Shown: positions 41,723 to 51,863 of the stretch, piece by piece
How the letters are laid out: each line of letters starts with the position of its first letter
Position numbering within the stretch: position 1 is the stretch's first letter
From: Candidatus Dadabacteria bacterium
GTDB taxonomy: Bacteria > Desulfobacterota_D > UBA1144 > Nemesobacterales > Nemesobacteraceae
DNA length: 64,000 nt
Direction of reading: 5' to 3'
NCBI GenBank assembly: GCA_951812735.1
Contig: OX638332.1
Coordinates: forward strand, 378,732 to 442,731
Translations under genes and position numbers: made by a program
Notes under the pieces: generated by a model
Told to the model about the DNA's origin: nothing
The model's input: only the letters and a program-made list of their open reading frames with translations
Database searches by the model: none

Positions 41723-43552
41723 TTATTCAACCGTGACGACCTTGGCCAGATTTCTCGGCTGATCCACATCCGTTCCAAGAATATTGGCTACGTGGTAAGC
41801 CAGAAACTGCGCTGGGATAACGGACACCATCGGGCTTACGAGGTAGGGGCTTTTGGGAATCACTATTTTTCTGTCCCTCTCGTCGGGAAGCCGAAGATCC
41901 TCGTCCGACGTTATGAAAATGATCCGCCCTCCCCTGGCCTTCACCTCCTGGAAATTCCCAAGAAGCTTCTTGTAATACACATCTTCTTCGGGCGCGATAA
42001 ACACGACGGGCATGTTTCTGTCTACAAGGGCTATCGGCCCGTGCTTCATCTCTCCGGCGGCATATCCCTCGGCGTGTATGTAGGAAACCTCTTTTAGTTT
42101 CAACGCGCCTTCAAGCGCCACGGGGTAGTTAATCCCTCTGCCCAAGAAGATAAAATTCCTGTAGCCGTAAAAATCTCTTGAAAGATTTTTCAGCTCTCCG
42201 TCAAGCTCAAGAGTCCTCTGCTGAAGCTTGGAAACCGACACGGCATCTGCTATCAGCCGCCTGGCACTTTTTGAATCAATCGCTTTCCTTGAGACCGCAA
42301 GGTATATGGAAAAAAGATAGAACGCCATAACCTGCGCCGTAAAGGATTTTGTGGATGCAACACCGATCTCAGGGCCCGCCTTTGTGGTTATGACGCAGTC
42401 AGACTCTCTTGAGATCTTGCTCAGCACAACGTTCGTTATTCCCACGGAGTTCATGCCCAGGTCCTTGGCCTTTAGAAGGGCTTCTGAGGTGTCCGCGGTT
42501 TCGCCTGACTGAGAAACAGCGATAAAAAGCGTGTCGGGGCCAATAACGGGATTTCTGTACCGAAACTCAGAGGCAAGCTCCACCTGAGTGTTCACTCCGG
42601 CTACTTCCTCTATCATGTACTTTCCTATAAGGGATGCATGGTAGGAAGTACCGCAGGCAGCGATAATTATCCTTTGTGCTTTTTGCAGAAGGGAGGGGTC
42701 CACATCCTCGAAAATCACCTCTTTCATGTCCGTAGTGAATTTTCCCCGAAGCGTATCGAAAATTGCCCTGGGCTGTTCGAAGATTTCCTTCAGCATGTAA
42801 TGGCGGTAGCCCGATTTCTCAGTTGCCGAATGGTCCCAGTCCACAACCGTCGGCGCTCTTTTAACCACTTCACCGGACGCGTCGGTTATCGAAATGCCAT
42901 TTTCGTCCAGAACCACGAAATCGTTATCCTCAAGAAAAACAAACTCTCTTGTATAGGGCAGAATCGCCGGGATATCGGAAGCCAGAAAACATTCGTTTCC
43001 GTTGCGCGCTATTATGAGAGGAGAAAAACGCCTTGTGGCGATTATCTTCCCGGGCTCCGTATCCGACATTACGGCTACGGCGTAAGAGCCCTCTATTTTT
43101 TTAAACGCTTTCCTCGTTGATTCAAGAAGAGAGTTTCCTTTTTCCGTAAAATCACAGATCAGATGAGAGATGACCTCGGTATCGGTATCGGAGCGGAATT
43201 CGTAACCGGCCGCGGCAAGTTCCTCCTTGAGTTCGGGGTAGTTCTCCACTATGCCGTTATGCACCACGCTTATCGGACCAGATACCTGGGGATGGGCGTT
43301 TCGCTCCGAAGGATCGCCGTGAGTGGCCCATCTGGTGTGGGCGATTCCAAGGGAAGAAGTCACCTCGCAGTCTTTTAGCTTTAAAAGAAGGTTTTCAAGC
43401 TTTCCTTCGCTTCTTATGACGCGGGAGCGACCGTCTTCAACAAAACATATCCCGGAAGAATCGTATCCCCTGTACTCAAGTCTTCCCAGACTTTCGCAGA
43501 GAACACTTTTTGTTCTCTCAGAAATTCCCACGTATCCGACTATTCCACACAT
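41723..43552 (-). CDS. glmS: glutamine-fructose-6-phosphate aminotransferase
   Basis: MCGIVGY catalytic Cys start, two SIS domains, C-terminal VTVE, 609 aa. Confidence 0.96.
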   Translation of the reverse strand: MCGIVGYVGISERTKSVLCESLGRLEYRGYDSSGICFVEDGRSRVIRSEGKLENLLLKLKDCEVTSSLGIAHTRWATHGDPSERNAHPQVSGPISVVHNGIVENYPELKEELAAAGYEFRSDTDTEVISHLICDFTEKGNSLLESTRKAFKKIEGSYAVAVMSDTEPGKIIATRRFSPLIIARNGNECFLASDIPAILPYTREFVFLEDNDFVVLDENGISITDASGEVVKRAPTVVDWDHSATEKSGYRHYMLKEIFEQPRAIFDTLRGKFTTDMKEVIFEDVDPSLLQKAQRIIIAACGTSYHASLIGKYMIEEVAGVNTQVELASEFRYRNPVIGPDTLFIAVSQSGETADTSEALLKAKDLGMNSVGITNVVLSKISRESDCVITTKAGPEIGVASTKSFTAQVMAFYLFSIYLAVSRKAIDSKSARRLIADAVSVSKLQQRTLELDGELKNLSRDFYGYRNFIFLGRGINYPVALEGALKLKEVSYIHAEGYAAGEMKHGPIALVDRNMPVVFIAPEEDVYYKKLLGNFQEVKARGGRIIFITSDEDLRLPDERDRKIVIPKSPYLVSPMVSVIPAQFLAYHVANILGTDVDQPRNLAKVVTVE

Positions 43553-43553
43553 C

Positions 43554-44939
43554 TCAGGATTTCCCCTTCTTGACCCTCTTTCTCTCCGCCCAGCCGGTTA
43601 TTTCCTTCTGTCCCGCACGTTCTATGGCAAGAGCACCCGGAGAAACGTCTTTAGTTACCGTGGAGCCCGCCGCGGTAGTAGCACCCTTTCCGACCTTTAT
43701 AGGCGCAACCAGCATTGTGTCGCTTCCTATGAAAGCACCGTCTTCCACCACGGTTCTGTGCTTGTTTACCCCATCGTAGTTGCAGGTAATGGTTCCGGCA
43801 CCGATATTAACTCCGGCACCGATATCAGCATCTCCCACATAGGAAAGATGAGGAACCTTGGAACCGACTCCTATATTCGATTTCTTTATCTCGACGAAGT
43901 TTCCGATCTTGGCTCCGCTTTTTATCCTGGCCTCGGGGCGGAGATGACAGAAAGGCCCCATTACAACTCCGTCTTCCACCTCGCACTCAGCAAGATAGGA
44001 AGAGAACCTTATCTCAACATTGTCTCCTATTTGGGAATCCTCGACGTATACCGAGGGTCCTACCCGGCAGCCTTCCCCGATACGGGTTTCACCGTAAATA
44101 TAGGTATTCGGATACACCGTCGTATCCTTGCCTATGCTGACGGAATCCGATATGTAAGCGGTTTCGGGGTCCACTATTGTAACCCCGTTTTCCATGTGTC
44201 GGCGGTTTATCGCAAGCCTTATGGTTTTTTCCGCTTCGCCGAGCTGTTCTCTGCTGTTCACTCCGGACACCTCCTTTGGATTGGCCAATGCAAAAGCCTG
44301 AAGACCGCGCTTGCGGGAAACGCAGAGATTTACGATTCCCGGCAGATAATACTCTCCCTGACTGTTCTCCGTATCAAGTCCGCCCAGACTTTCCCAGAGA
44401 AAAGAAGAATTCACACAGTAAATTCCGGCATTTATTTCTTTTTCTTTTTTCTCGTCAGCGGTGGCGTCTTTATCCTCAACTATGCGAAGCACTTCCCCTT
44501 CGGCATTCCTCAACACCCTGCCATATCCCCCGGGGTCCTCGACCAACGTGGATATGAACGAGACGTCCGCACTGTTTTTCACGTGAGAATCCACAAACTC
44601 ACTCAGAGTGGAAACACCCGTCGCGGGGACATCTCCGCTAAGTATTAGGATATCTCCTGAAAAACCCCGAAAAACATCCTCGCAGCACAAAACAGCGTGT
44701 CCCGTTCCAAGCTGCGGCTCCTGAATGACCATCTCCACCGGGCAATCCGAAACCGCCTCTTTCACTAGTTCGGAGTCATGCCCCAGAACAAGTACGATTC
44801 TATCAGGTTCCATCTCTTGAGCCGCATCCAGAACATAACGCAGCATGGGTTTTTTGAGGATGGGGTGTAGCACCTTGGGAAGTTCCGAATTCATGCGGAC
44901 TCCCTTGCCCGCCGCCAGGATTATAACGGCCAGAGACAT
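43554..44939 (-). CDS. glmU: bifunctional UDP-N-acetylglucosamine pyrophosphorylase / GlcN-1-P acetyltransferase
   Basis: AVIILAAGKGVRM motif and a C-terminal left-handed beta-helix hexapeptide region, 461 aa. Confidence 0.94.
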   Translation of the reverse strand: MSLAVIILAAGKGVRMNSELPKVLHPILKKPMLRYVLDAAQEMEPDRIVLVLGHDSELVKEAVSDCPVEMVIQEPQLGTGHAVLCCEDVFRGFSGDILILSGDVPATGVSTLSEFVDSHVKNSADVSFISTLVEDPGGYGRVLRNAEGEVLRIVEDKDATADEKKEKEINAGIYCVNSSFLWESLGGLDTENSQGEYYLPGIVNLCVSRKRGLQAFALANPKEVSGVNSREQLGEAEKTIRLAINRRHMENGVTIVDPETAYISDSVSIGKDTTVYPNTYIYGETRIGEGCRVGPSVYVEDSQIGDNVEIRFSSYLAECEVEDGVVMGPFCHLRPEARIKSGAKIGNFVEIKKSNIGVGSKVPHLSYVGDADIGAGVNIGAGTITCNYDGVNKHRTVVEDGAFIGSDTMLVAPIKVGKGATTAAGSTVTKDVSPGALAIERAGQKEITGWAERKRVKKGKS

Positions 44940-44972
44940 AAGCTTAGTGTGTGTCAGTAAAAACCAAAAGAA

Positions 44973-45401
44973 TCAGAACGGAACATCGTCGTCCGTGAGA
45001 CCGCCTGCCTCTTCGTAGGCAAAATCATCTCCTGCAGAGGACGCTCCGCCTCCCTTCCTTCCGCTCTCCCCTCTAGCAGAGAGAAACTGCACGGTTCTTC
45101 CCACGATCTCGGTCGTATATCTTTTGTTGCCTTCCCTGTCATCCCATGAACGGGTTCTCAGATAACCCTCAACGTAAACGGAACTTCCTTTGGAAAGATA
45201 CTCGCCGCAGACCTCTCCGAGCCTGTCAAAAACAACTATTCTGTGCCACTCGGTGCGCTCCTGGGAATTTCCGTCCCTGTCTCTCCATTTTTCTGTTGTA
45301 GCGACAGAGAAATTGGTAACCGCCTTTCCATCCGACGTATACCTTACTTCCGGGTCTCTTCCCAGATTACCGAGTATTATAGCCTTGTTAACCGCAGCCA
45401 T
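44973..45401 (-). CDS. ssb: single-stranded DNA-binding protein
   Basis: [21 protein letters not shown]-fold start and acidic C-terminal tip DDDVPF. Confidence 0.95.
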   Translation of the reverse strand: MAAVNKAIILGNLGRDPEVRYTSDGKAVTNFSVATTEKWRDRDGNSQERTEWHRIVVFDRLGEVCGEYLSKGSSVYVEGYLRTRSWDDREGNKRYTTEIVGRTVQFLSARGESGRKGGGASSAGDDFAYEEAGGLTDDDVPF

Positions 45402-45466
45402 GAGTTTCGATCTCCATCTTTTTTAGATTTCCAGAAATTTACACGATCATCAGGCAGATTTAAACA

Positions 45467-46063
45467 TCACCTCGTGAAACATCCCGAAGTTCTCTTGAAG
45501 AATTCGTCGAGTATTCTCCCGGTAAGTCCCCATATTATATGATTACGGTAAGCAAACACCTGATCATCTATCACTTTCCCATCCCGCTTTCTTTCCCTCA
45601 CATCGCGGTTTTTAGGGTTAACAAGGTGTGAAACGGGAATCCAAAAGAATTCCGATACCTCGTAATTGGGAGTAAACTCCACCCCACCGCCTATCATGGA
45701 TACAAAGGGCTTTACCACATACCTCCTGACAGAGGGGGTATAGGGACGTACAAAAGCCATTTCCCCGAGAATCTCAGCTTCTTTTGCGGCGTCAAAACCA
45801 AGTTCCTCCCCGGCCTCCCTCAAAGCCGTATCAACAAGAGTTACATCGCTTTGTTTCTTCTTCCCGCCCGGAAAGGCGATGTGGCCCGAGAAAGCATCAT
45901 CCCTGTATTCGGTTCTTTTTATAAACCATATTCCATAATCTCCTCCCCGCTCGCAGAGCATGACCAGCACGGCGGATGCAAGTAGTCCCTCGCCAGGATC
46001 AAGGAGCGTTCCCGGAGGATCCAAGGTTTTTCTTATTTCTTCCCGTACGTTAATTGCGCGCAT
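45467..46063 (-). CDS. Nudix hydrolase (CoA pyrophosphatase-like)
   Basis: Nudix box GGKKKQSDVTLVDTALREAGEELG. Confidence 0.8.
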   Translation of the reverse strand: MRAINVREEIRKTLDPPGTLLDPGEGLLASAVLVMLCERGGDYGIWFIKRTEYRDDAFSGHIAFPGGKKKQSDVTLVDTALREAGEELGFDAAKEAEILGEMAFVRPYTPSVRRYVVKPFVSMIGGGVEFTPNYEVSEFFWIPVSHLVNPKNRDVRERKRDGKVIDDQVFAYRNHIIWGLTGRILDEFFKRTSGCFTR

Positions 46064-46075
46064 TTAAAAAAGCTC

Positions 46076-48022
46076 TCAGGAACCGATGTTCACTACAACG
46101 CTTCCGTAATCGTCCACTTCGCATTCGGTATCGGGAGGAATAAAAGCAGTCGCGGTTCTCTCGTAAAGAACACAAGGGCCCGCAAAGCGAAAACCCGGTC
46201 GGAGCTTTTCTCTCTCACAACACCCCACCCTTATTTCCCTGCCCTCGAAAATCACCTCTTTAGAGGAGAATCGAGGTTCCGGGCCTCCATCTGGAGCAGG
46301 AAGAACTCTTATCTTTCGACCAGGGATATAAGCCCTTAGCCTCAGAGTCACGATCTCGACAACGGAAGATTCCTTCATGTACCCGTACACCCTCTCGTGC
46401 TCGTGGTGGAAATCCCGGGCCATGGCCTCACTGTAGGGAATCGTGAGTTCATGGGACTGTCTTCGGTACCTGGCGTCAACTTGTCTTTCAAACCTGAGGT
46501 CCTCTCTTCTGAGGTCCGTGTACGCAGACTTTTCGAGATCCGCGAACTTTCGGTTTGTCTCCTCGAGATGATCTTCATCCGCGGAAGAAAAAAACGTAAC
46601 TCCATAATCCTTGAAGGAGTCGGCAAGGAGCATGCCGTATGCTGAAAGCGCCCCGGGATTCCTCGGAAAAACGACTTCGTGGATACCAAGTGAACGGGCG
46701 AGGTCGCAGGCGTGAAGGCCTCCTGCGCCACCGAACGAAACAAGGGAGAACTCCCTCGGGTCATAGCCCCTCCCAACCGATATCACGCGAAGCGCTTTTT
46801 CCATGTTTGAGTTGGAAATTCTGATTACCGATTCCGCTATATCCTCCGTTGAGTGATCCGGCGCAAGAGAACGAAGCGCCTCAAATGACCTCTCCGGGTA
46901 TATCTTCATCTCCCCTCCCAGAAACCATCCGGGGTCCATTCTCCCGAGAACTATATTGGCATCCGTCACGGTCGGCAGAACACCTTTTCCGTAACATGCG
47001 GGGCCGGGATCAGCGCCGGCACTTCGCGGCCCGACCTTTAGGATGCCCCCCTCGGCCATGTAGGCGATCGAACCTCCTCCGGCCCCTATAGTGGAAATGT
47101 TTATCATCGGCACCTTGAGCGCTGCACCGCCCAGGGTGTTTTCGGTCGTAAAGCTTATTTTGCCGTCGCAAAGCGATATGTCGGTCGAGGTCCCTCCCAT
47201 GTCGTAGGTAATGATCTTCTTTCTGCCGGAGAGCGAACATATCTCAAAAGCCCCGACCACTCCTCCCGCGGGACCGGAAAGAACTATCTTTGCGGGCCCC
47301 TCGGCCGCCTGTTCGGCCGATATAACCCCGCCGTTTGACTGCATTATTGAGAGAGATTTCCCCTTGAGGCGGCGGGAAAGAGAACGCATGTATTCGCTAA
47401 CTTTAGGAATCAGGTAAGAATTCAAAACGGTCGTTGAAGTTCTTTCATACTCCCTGAATTCCGCGACCAGCTCCGAGGAGAGGGTAATAGGAATACCGAG
47501 CTTAGAGAGTGCTGCCGCTACCCTGCGTTCGTTCTCGGGATTAGCATATGAATGGAGAAAACAAACGGCTATTGCCTCAACCCCAAGAGAAGATATTTTC
47601 TCCCCTACTTTCCCTATTTCAGCTTCATCAGGGCTAGCTAGCACACATCCCCGATAATCCATTCTCTCGGAAACACCGAATCTTAGTTCCGAAGGAACCA
47701 GAGGGACGACAGGGCTCCACAACAGATCGTAAAGTTTTTCCCTGTTCTGACGCCTGATCTCTATTACGTCTTCAAAACCCTTTGTGGTGACAAGACAGGT
47801 CTTGGCCCCCTCACGCTCCAAAAGAGCGTTTGTGGCCACGGTGGTTCCGTGGATAATCTCTGATATATTGGAGAGCTCAATGGGATGGCTTTTAAGTCCC
47901 TTGAGCACTGCTATCGAAGGGTCGAGGGGAGTAGAAGGAACCTTGTTTACGGATAATTCTTCTCCGTCGAAAAAAACAAAATCAGTAAAAGTTCCTCCCG
48001 CGTCTATGCCTACCGATAGCAT
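46076..48022 (-). CDS. hydantoinase/oxoprolinase family protein (HyuA type)
   Basis: MLSVGIDAGGTFTDFV start, 648 aa, ASKHA-fold pattern. No HyuB partner is present in the window. Confidence 0.8.
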   Translation of the reverse strand: MLSVGIDAGGTFTDFVFFDGEELSVNKVPSTPLDPSIAVLKGLKSHPIELSNISEIIHGTTVATNALLEREGAKTCLVTTKGFEDVIEIRRQNREKLYDLLWSPVVPLVPSELRFGVSERMDYRGCVLASPDEAEIGKVGEKISSLGVEAIAVCFLHSYANPENERRVAAALSKLGIPITLSSELVAEFREYERTSTTVLNSYLIPKVSEYMRSLSRRLKGKSLSIMQSNGGVISAEQAAEGPAKIVLSGPAGGVVGAFEICSLSGRKKIITYDMGGTSTDISLCDGKISFTTENTLGGAALKVPMINISTIGAGGGSIAYMAEGGILKVGPRSAGADPGPACYGKGVLPTVTDANIVLGRMDPGWFLGGEMKIYPERSFEALRSLAPDHSTEDIAESVIRISNSNMEKALRVISVGRGYDPREFSLVSFGGAGGLHACDLARSLGIHEVVFPRNPGALSAYGMLLADSFKDYGVTFFSSADEDHLEETNRKFADLEKSAYTDLRREDLRFERQVDARYRRQSHELTIPYSEAMARDFHHEHERVYGYMKESSVVEIVTLRLRAYIPGRKIRVLPAPDGGPEPRFSSKEVIFEGREIRVGCCEREKLRPGFRFAGPCVLYERTATAFIPPDTECEVDDYGSVVVNIGS

Positions 48023-48082
48023 AAAAGGGTCTTTACCTCACCGCGTGCGGGCTGAAACCGCTCGGGGCTATGCGTTGTGTAA

Positions 48083-48295
48083 TCAGTAATTGTCCCTGTC
48101 TTTGGGATATATAACGTTTACTTTTCCTTCAGCTATCTCTCTTAACGCTGAGACAACATGCTTGTTGTCGTCATTCTCAGACGCTACGATGGTAGCTCCC
48201 TTGGATATCTGGCTTGCCCTTTTCATCGCCGCAATGGAAAGAGCGAACCTGTTTTCAACTTTCTCTAAACAGTCTTCAATTGTGATTCTAGCCAT
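48083..48295 (-). CDS. rpoZ: DNA-directed RNA polymerase subunit omega
   Basis: [30 protein letters not shown] start, 70 aa. Confidence 0.92.
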   Translation of the reverse strand: MARITIEDCLEKVENRFALSIAAMKRASQISKGATIVASENDDNKHVVSALREIAEGKVNVIYPKDRDNY

Positions 48296-48514
48296 AATTT
48301 CTTACCTTCCTCTTAATACCAGACTCAAACTCCGGGTTCATTAAAAACGGTTTAAAAACGCAACACACAGTATCATCCGACTTTTTGCAAGTCTGTCAAT
48401 GAATTCCGGCTCGCCACTGCGCCTCAAAATGTTTTCGCCAAATTCAACAGAGAGGCCCATGCAACAACCCAGAATCCGCCTCCGCGTACAAAGAAATACC
48501 AGTTAAAATTCGTT

Positions 48515-49777
48515 TTACTTTTTTGACCGGTCTTTCCACCAAAACGCAATGCACAGGGAAAACACTATCAAGAACAGGTTGAAAACTGTGCTTTCGGGTT
48601 TACTCCCCGTCCCAGCAATCGCACATCCATCATCGCCGTCACTACTTCCACTATCCGTCGCTTCCAGCGGTTTATAAATACCGGAACCGAAAATGAAAAC
48701 TGTGCCCGTCCCTAGTGAGGAAAATGTTACTCCTTCAACATAGCTGATCTTGGGTGACCTGCCGGGGGACATCCCAGGTATAGTAAGATCGTCTTCTTCT
48801 ATAAGCGGATTGTCCCATTTGTACTCGACAAAGTCTCCTGCTCCGTCTTCTCCCGCAACTTTAAGTATCTCGGCTCCAATGTCAACTCCATCCTCGTCAA
48901 GAACATCCACAAAATCACTACCGGTGAACTCCGGGTTGTTGCCGTTAACAATCACCGTAGGATCCCCCGTGGCTCGGTCTCTCATAATAAAGAGATATAT
49001 GGAACCAAACTTCCAAGGTCCTTCTTTTCCGAGGCATCCTATTTTTGCAAGAGCACTTCTCAATCCCCCCCCAGAACCTTGTTCTGCCAGAGCAACTATT
49101 CTCTTAATTGCTTCCTTTACAAAGGTCCTTAGGGTTTCTCGGCTTTGGCTTTCACTTATGAATTGGCTTGCGGTTACGTCTTCTGCCGTTACGGCGGGGT
49201 TATACGGGGCACATTCAAGGCGCCCTATGGCCTGATCGTCCTCAGCGTGATCAAAGCCGCCTATCAAGACGCTCTTTGTTCCTCCCAGAACAGCGTCATA
49301 TTCAACAGCACAGGTCCACCTTGAAGATCCATCCATATAATGCTGATACTGGTGACAAACCGGACCACCCTGAGCATTTTCAAGCAGGGAAAAAAGCTCG
49401 TTTACATCTGGAAGATGGCGCAAAGAATCATTAAACAAGGAACTGGTATAAATCCCGTGATTTGTCACGCTACCCAACTGATTCAGTGTAATCAGGTATA
49501 CCGAACCATTATTCCATTCTTCTTCCGTCCTCATTTGTCTGAAAAATGCCGAAAGTTCCCCTCCTCCCCCTGAAACAGCATCGTCAATGTGCTGTTTTGC
49601 GTGCGATACAAAGCTTTCCATTGTATGTCGGTCATTAGCAGAATCCGCTTCGCTGGCAGTTGTCGGAGGGCTACTATGGGACCCGTCGGCATCGGCAAAA
49701 GCGGAAATACCCGGGAAAAAAGCCGTTATAGTTAGCACTACAACCAAGGTGATTACAATATTTCGAAGTCCCTTCAT
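48515..49777 (-). CDS. secreted tandem Cache_2-like (sCache) domain protein with C-terminal TM anchor
   Basis: Signal peptide ending SAFADA. Second module has WKFGSIYLFIM...GNNPEF...DEDGVDIGAEILKVAG...GDFVEYKWDNP...KISYV...IFGSGIY. C-terminus reads DGDDGCAIAGTG, then a TM helix, then KDRSKK. Paralogue of 54628-55833. Confidence 0.6.
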   Translation of the reverse strand: MKGLRNIVITLVVVLTITAFFPGISAFADADGSHSSPPTTASEADSANDRHTMESFVSHAKQHIDDAVSGGGGELSAFFRQMRTEEEWNNGSVYLITLNQLGSVTNHGIYTSSLFNDSLRHLPDVNELFSLLENAQGGPVCHQYQHYMDGSSRWTCAVEYDAVLGGTKSVLIGGFDHAEDDQAIGRLECAPYNPAVTAEDVTASQFISESQSRETLRTFVKEAIKRIVALAEQGSGGGLRSALAKIGCLGKEGPWKFGSIYLFIMRDRATGDPTVIVNGNNPEFTGSDFVDVLDEDGVDIGAEILKVAGEDGAGDFVEYKWDNPLIEEDDLTIPGMSPGRSPKISYVEGVTFSSLGTGTVFIFGSGIYKPLEATDSGSSDGDDGCAIAGTGSKPESTVFNLFLIVFSLCIAFWWKDRSKK

Positions 49778-49934
49778 AACATCCCTCCTGATTATAACTC
49801 TGAAGTAGGTTGCACATTTATAAAAACAATTTTAGAAACTGCTCAACTTTAAATTATATCACCACTATAGAATCGGGTTCAAGTCAAAGTTTTTGCCATG
49901 GAAAATCGCGTGATTTTCCCCTTTGCAGAAAAAA

Positions 49935-51677
49935 TTAATTGTCAACAGGAACCAGATTACGTTCGCCTGAGCCAGGAAGCACCTCTAGCATCCTGGAAGC
50001 GGAGGTCCTTTCGCTGAACTCTGGCTGAGCGACGGTATCCACGTATATCCACCGGGACTGCGATCTTTTCGGAGTAAAGCTCACGATCATATAGCCACGG
50101 TCCTTTGTGTTAGAGTAGACAAGGTCATCAACCAGTACTTCCAGGTCCCGGGCAAACTCCTCGGCCTGTTCCGGTTTAAGTTTTAAGTAAGTCTCAAGAC
50201 CCCCAGAGGACACAGAAGCTGTGGCAAACTCAACACCTATCTGGTTTCCGTTTGTGTCCCTAAGGTTATTTGCCCACCCGTTATGCGTATCCCCGGCAAG
50301 CACCACCAGGTTTTTATCCGCCCCGTAAGCCGTACCCAGCACAGCTTCCCGTTCTGCAGGATAACCGTCCCAGGCATCAAGATTATAGGGGAGCACCGTA
50401 TTTACACGGTCCCGCTCATCCTGGGTCACGGAAGGATCATCCCGCAGCACCCGCTCCTTAATCCTGGTCAGCCGACCAACAAGATCCGCGACCGCGGGCG
50501 TCCGCTCGCCCAGATCGGGGATTATCTCGGCGGGAATGTTCATTCTTCCCATAAGCACCTGCTGACCCAGAACCTGCCAAGTGGCGGTAGAGCCGGAAAG
50601 TCTTTCTTTAAGCCAGGCAAGCTGATCCTGACCGAGCAGCGTCCGGTCGGGAGAACCGATGTCCTCACGGAAACGCCGACTGTCAAAACCGGTGTCCTGT
50701 TCAAAATAATCTTTGTAACTAAGTTGTTTTTCCCGTCCGGCAAAGCGAGTATCAAGCATGAAAAGCTCAATCAGGTTTCCGAAAGAAAAACTGCGATAAA
50801 CCTGTTGAGAATCATTCCCATTTGCGGGGCGGACGGGCATCCACTCGTAATAGGCCCGAAGCGCAGCAGTCTTGCGGGCATCGAAACTGCCTTCACTCTC
50901 ATCATGGTTCTGTGCGCCTCCAACGTAAGCGTCGTTTGCGACCTCATGATCATCCCAGACGGTTATGAATGGATGCGTGGCGTGAAGAGCTTGGAGCTGC
51001 GGGTCGGTCCTGTAAAGAGCGTAGCGCCTTCTGTAATCATCAAGCGTCAGTATCTCCTTATCGCTGTATTCCGGGAAATCCCTGGCGGTTTCTTCTGAAT
51101 TGTCCGCTCCGGGACCAGGCCTCCTGCCATACTCATATATATAATCGCCAAGGTGAACGACGGCATCCACCCGAGCCGTCGCCGCCGCGTGGCCGTAAAC
51201 GTTAAAGTAGCCGCCATGAGAAGTGGGATAGTTGGCACATGAGAAAACCGCCAGTTTGACTGAGTCCACATCGCCCTGCGGCAGAGTCTTAGTACGGCCG
51301 ACAGCGGATACAGATTCTCCCGAACGGAAACGGTAGTAGTAAACCGTCCTGGCCGAAAGACCCTCAACATCTACTTTGACCGTGTAATCACTCTTGGCAG
51401 TGGCGGTCTCAGACGAACTGTGAACAAGGCTCCTAAACCCTTCATCCGAAGAGACTTCGACTCTGACTTTGACCCTTCTCCGGGATGGTTGCGGAGTAAC
51501 CCTCGTCCAGACGATAACTCTGTCGGCCAATGGGTCGCCGCTTGCTACGCCGTGATCAAAACTGACACGTCCCGAATCGCCGTATATGGCAAAACCTATA
51601 ACCGCAAGCAAAACGGCAAGGGACAAAACCGCTAGAGCATAAAAGAGGTGTTTTCTAGAAAACATGGATGCAAGCAC
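49935..51677 (-). CDS. phoD: alkaline phosphatase D (PhoD) family phosphodiesterase/phosphatase
   Basis: HGVASGDP and TVWDDHEVANDAY metallophosphatase motifs, N-terminal hydrophobic anchor, 580 aa. Confidence 0.85.
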   Translation of the reverse strand: MLASMFSRKHLFYALAVLSLAVLLAVIGFAIYGDSGRVSFDHGVASGDPLADRVIVWTRVTPQPSRRRVKVRVEVSSDEGFRSLVHSSSETATAKSDYTVKVDVEGLSARTVYYYRFRSGESVSAVGRTKTLPQGDVDSVKLAVFSCANYPTSHGGYFNVYGHAAATARVDAVVHLGDYIYEYGRRPGPGADNSEETARDFPEYSDKEILTLDDYRRRYALYRTDPQLQALHATHPFITVWDDHEVANDAYVGGAQNHDESEGSFDARKTAALRAYYEWMPVRPANGNDSQQVYRSFSFGNLIELFMLDTRFAGREKQLSYKDYFEQDTGFDSRRFREDIGSPDRTLLGQDQLAWLKERLSGSTATWQVLGQQVLMGRMNIPAEIIPDLGERTPAVADLVGRLTRIKERVLRDDPSVTQDERDRVNTVLPYNLDAWDGYPAEREAVLGTAYGADKNLVVLAGDTHNGWANNLRDTNGNQIGVEFATASVSSGGLETYLKLKPEQAEEFARDLEVLVDDLVYSNTKDRGYMIVSFTPKRSQSRWIYVDTVAQPEFSERTSASRMLEVLPGSGERNLVPVDN

Positions 51678-51804
51678 TCCCCGCGCAGAGCAGTCTTACA
51701 GTTATACACCCAAAATCAATAAGAACTTAAGAGAAAAGCTCCCAGACGGAAAAAACGGCCGGACGCAACCCTTGATTTAGCAGTCTCCCTCCGTCGCTGA
51801 CTCT

Positions 51805-51832
51805 TTGACAACACAGGCTTTGCAATTATTAT
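51805..51832 (+). promoter_or_regulatory. candidate sigma70 promoter for hisIE
   Basis: TTGACA (51805-51810), 16 nt, TATTAT (51827-51832), 32 nt upstream of the ATG at 51864. Confidence 0.5.
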
Positions 51833-51863
51833 CTTGACGTATTTCAGCGCAACGAGACTCCCA

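Noticed and set aside
43323-44648. 441-aa ORF on the + strand, antisense to glmS and glmU
   Set aside because: It lies in the direct antisense frame, which stays open whenever the sense gene avoids TTA/CTA/TCA codons. It crosses the glmS/glmU gene boundary, has no ribosome-binding site that I could see, and translates to low-complexity sequence. Both sense genes are unmistakable.
46076-48022. HyuA-type hydantoinase/oxoprolinase subunit without an adjacent HyuB
   Set aside because: Stand-alone members of this family are common, and the partner may be elsewhere in the genome. Nothing in the sequence suggests a novel arrangement.
50283-51098. 271-aa + strand ORF antisense to phoD
   Set aside because: It is an antisense shadow. 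The PhoD motifs on the minus strand are clear.
49935-51677. PhoD without an obvious twin-arginine (Tat) signal (N-terminus MLASMFSRKHLFY...)
   Set aside because: The start codon choice is uncertain and SRK may be a degenerate Tat motif. I cannot judge the export route by eye.
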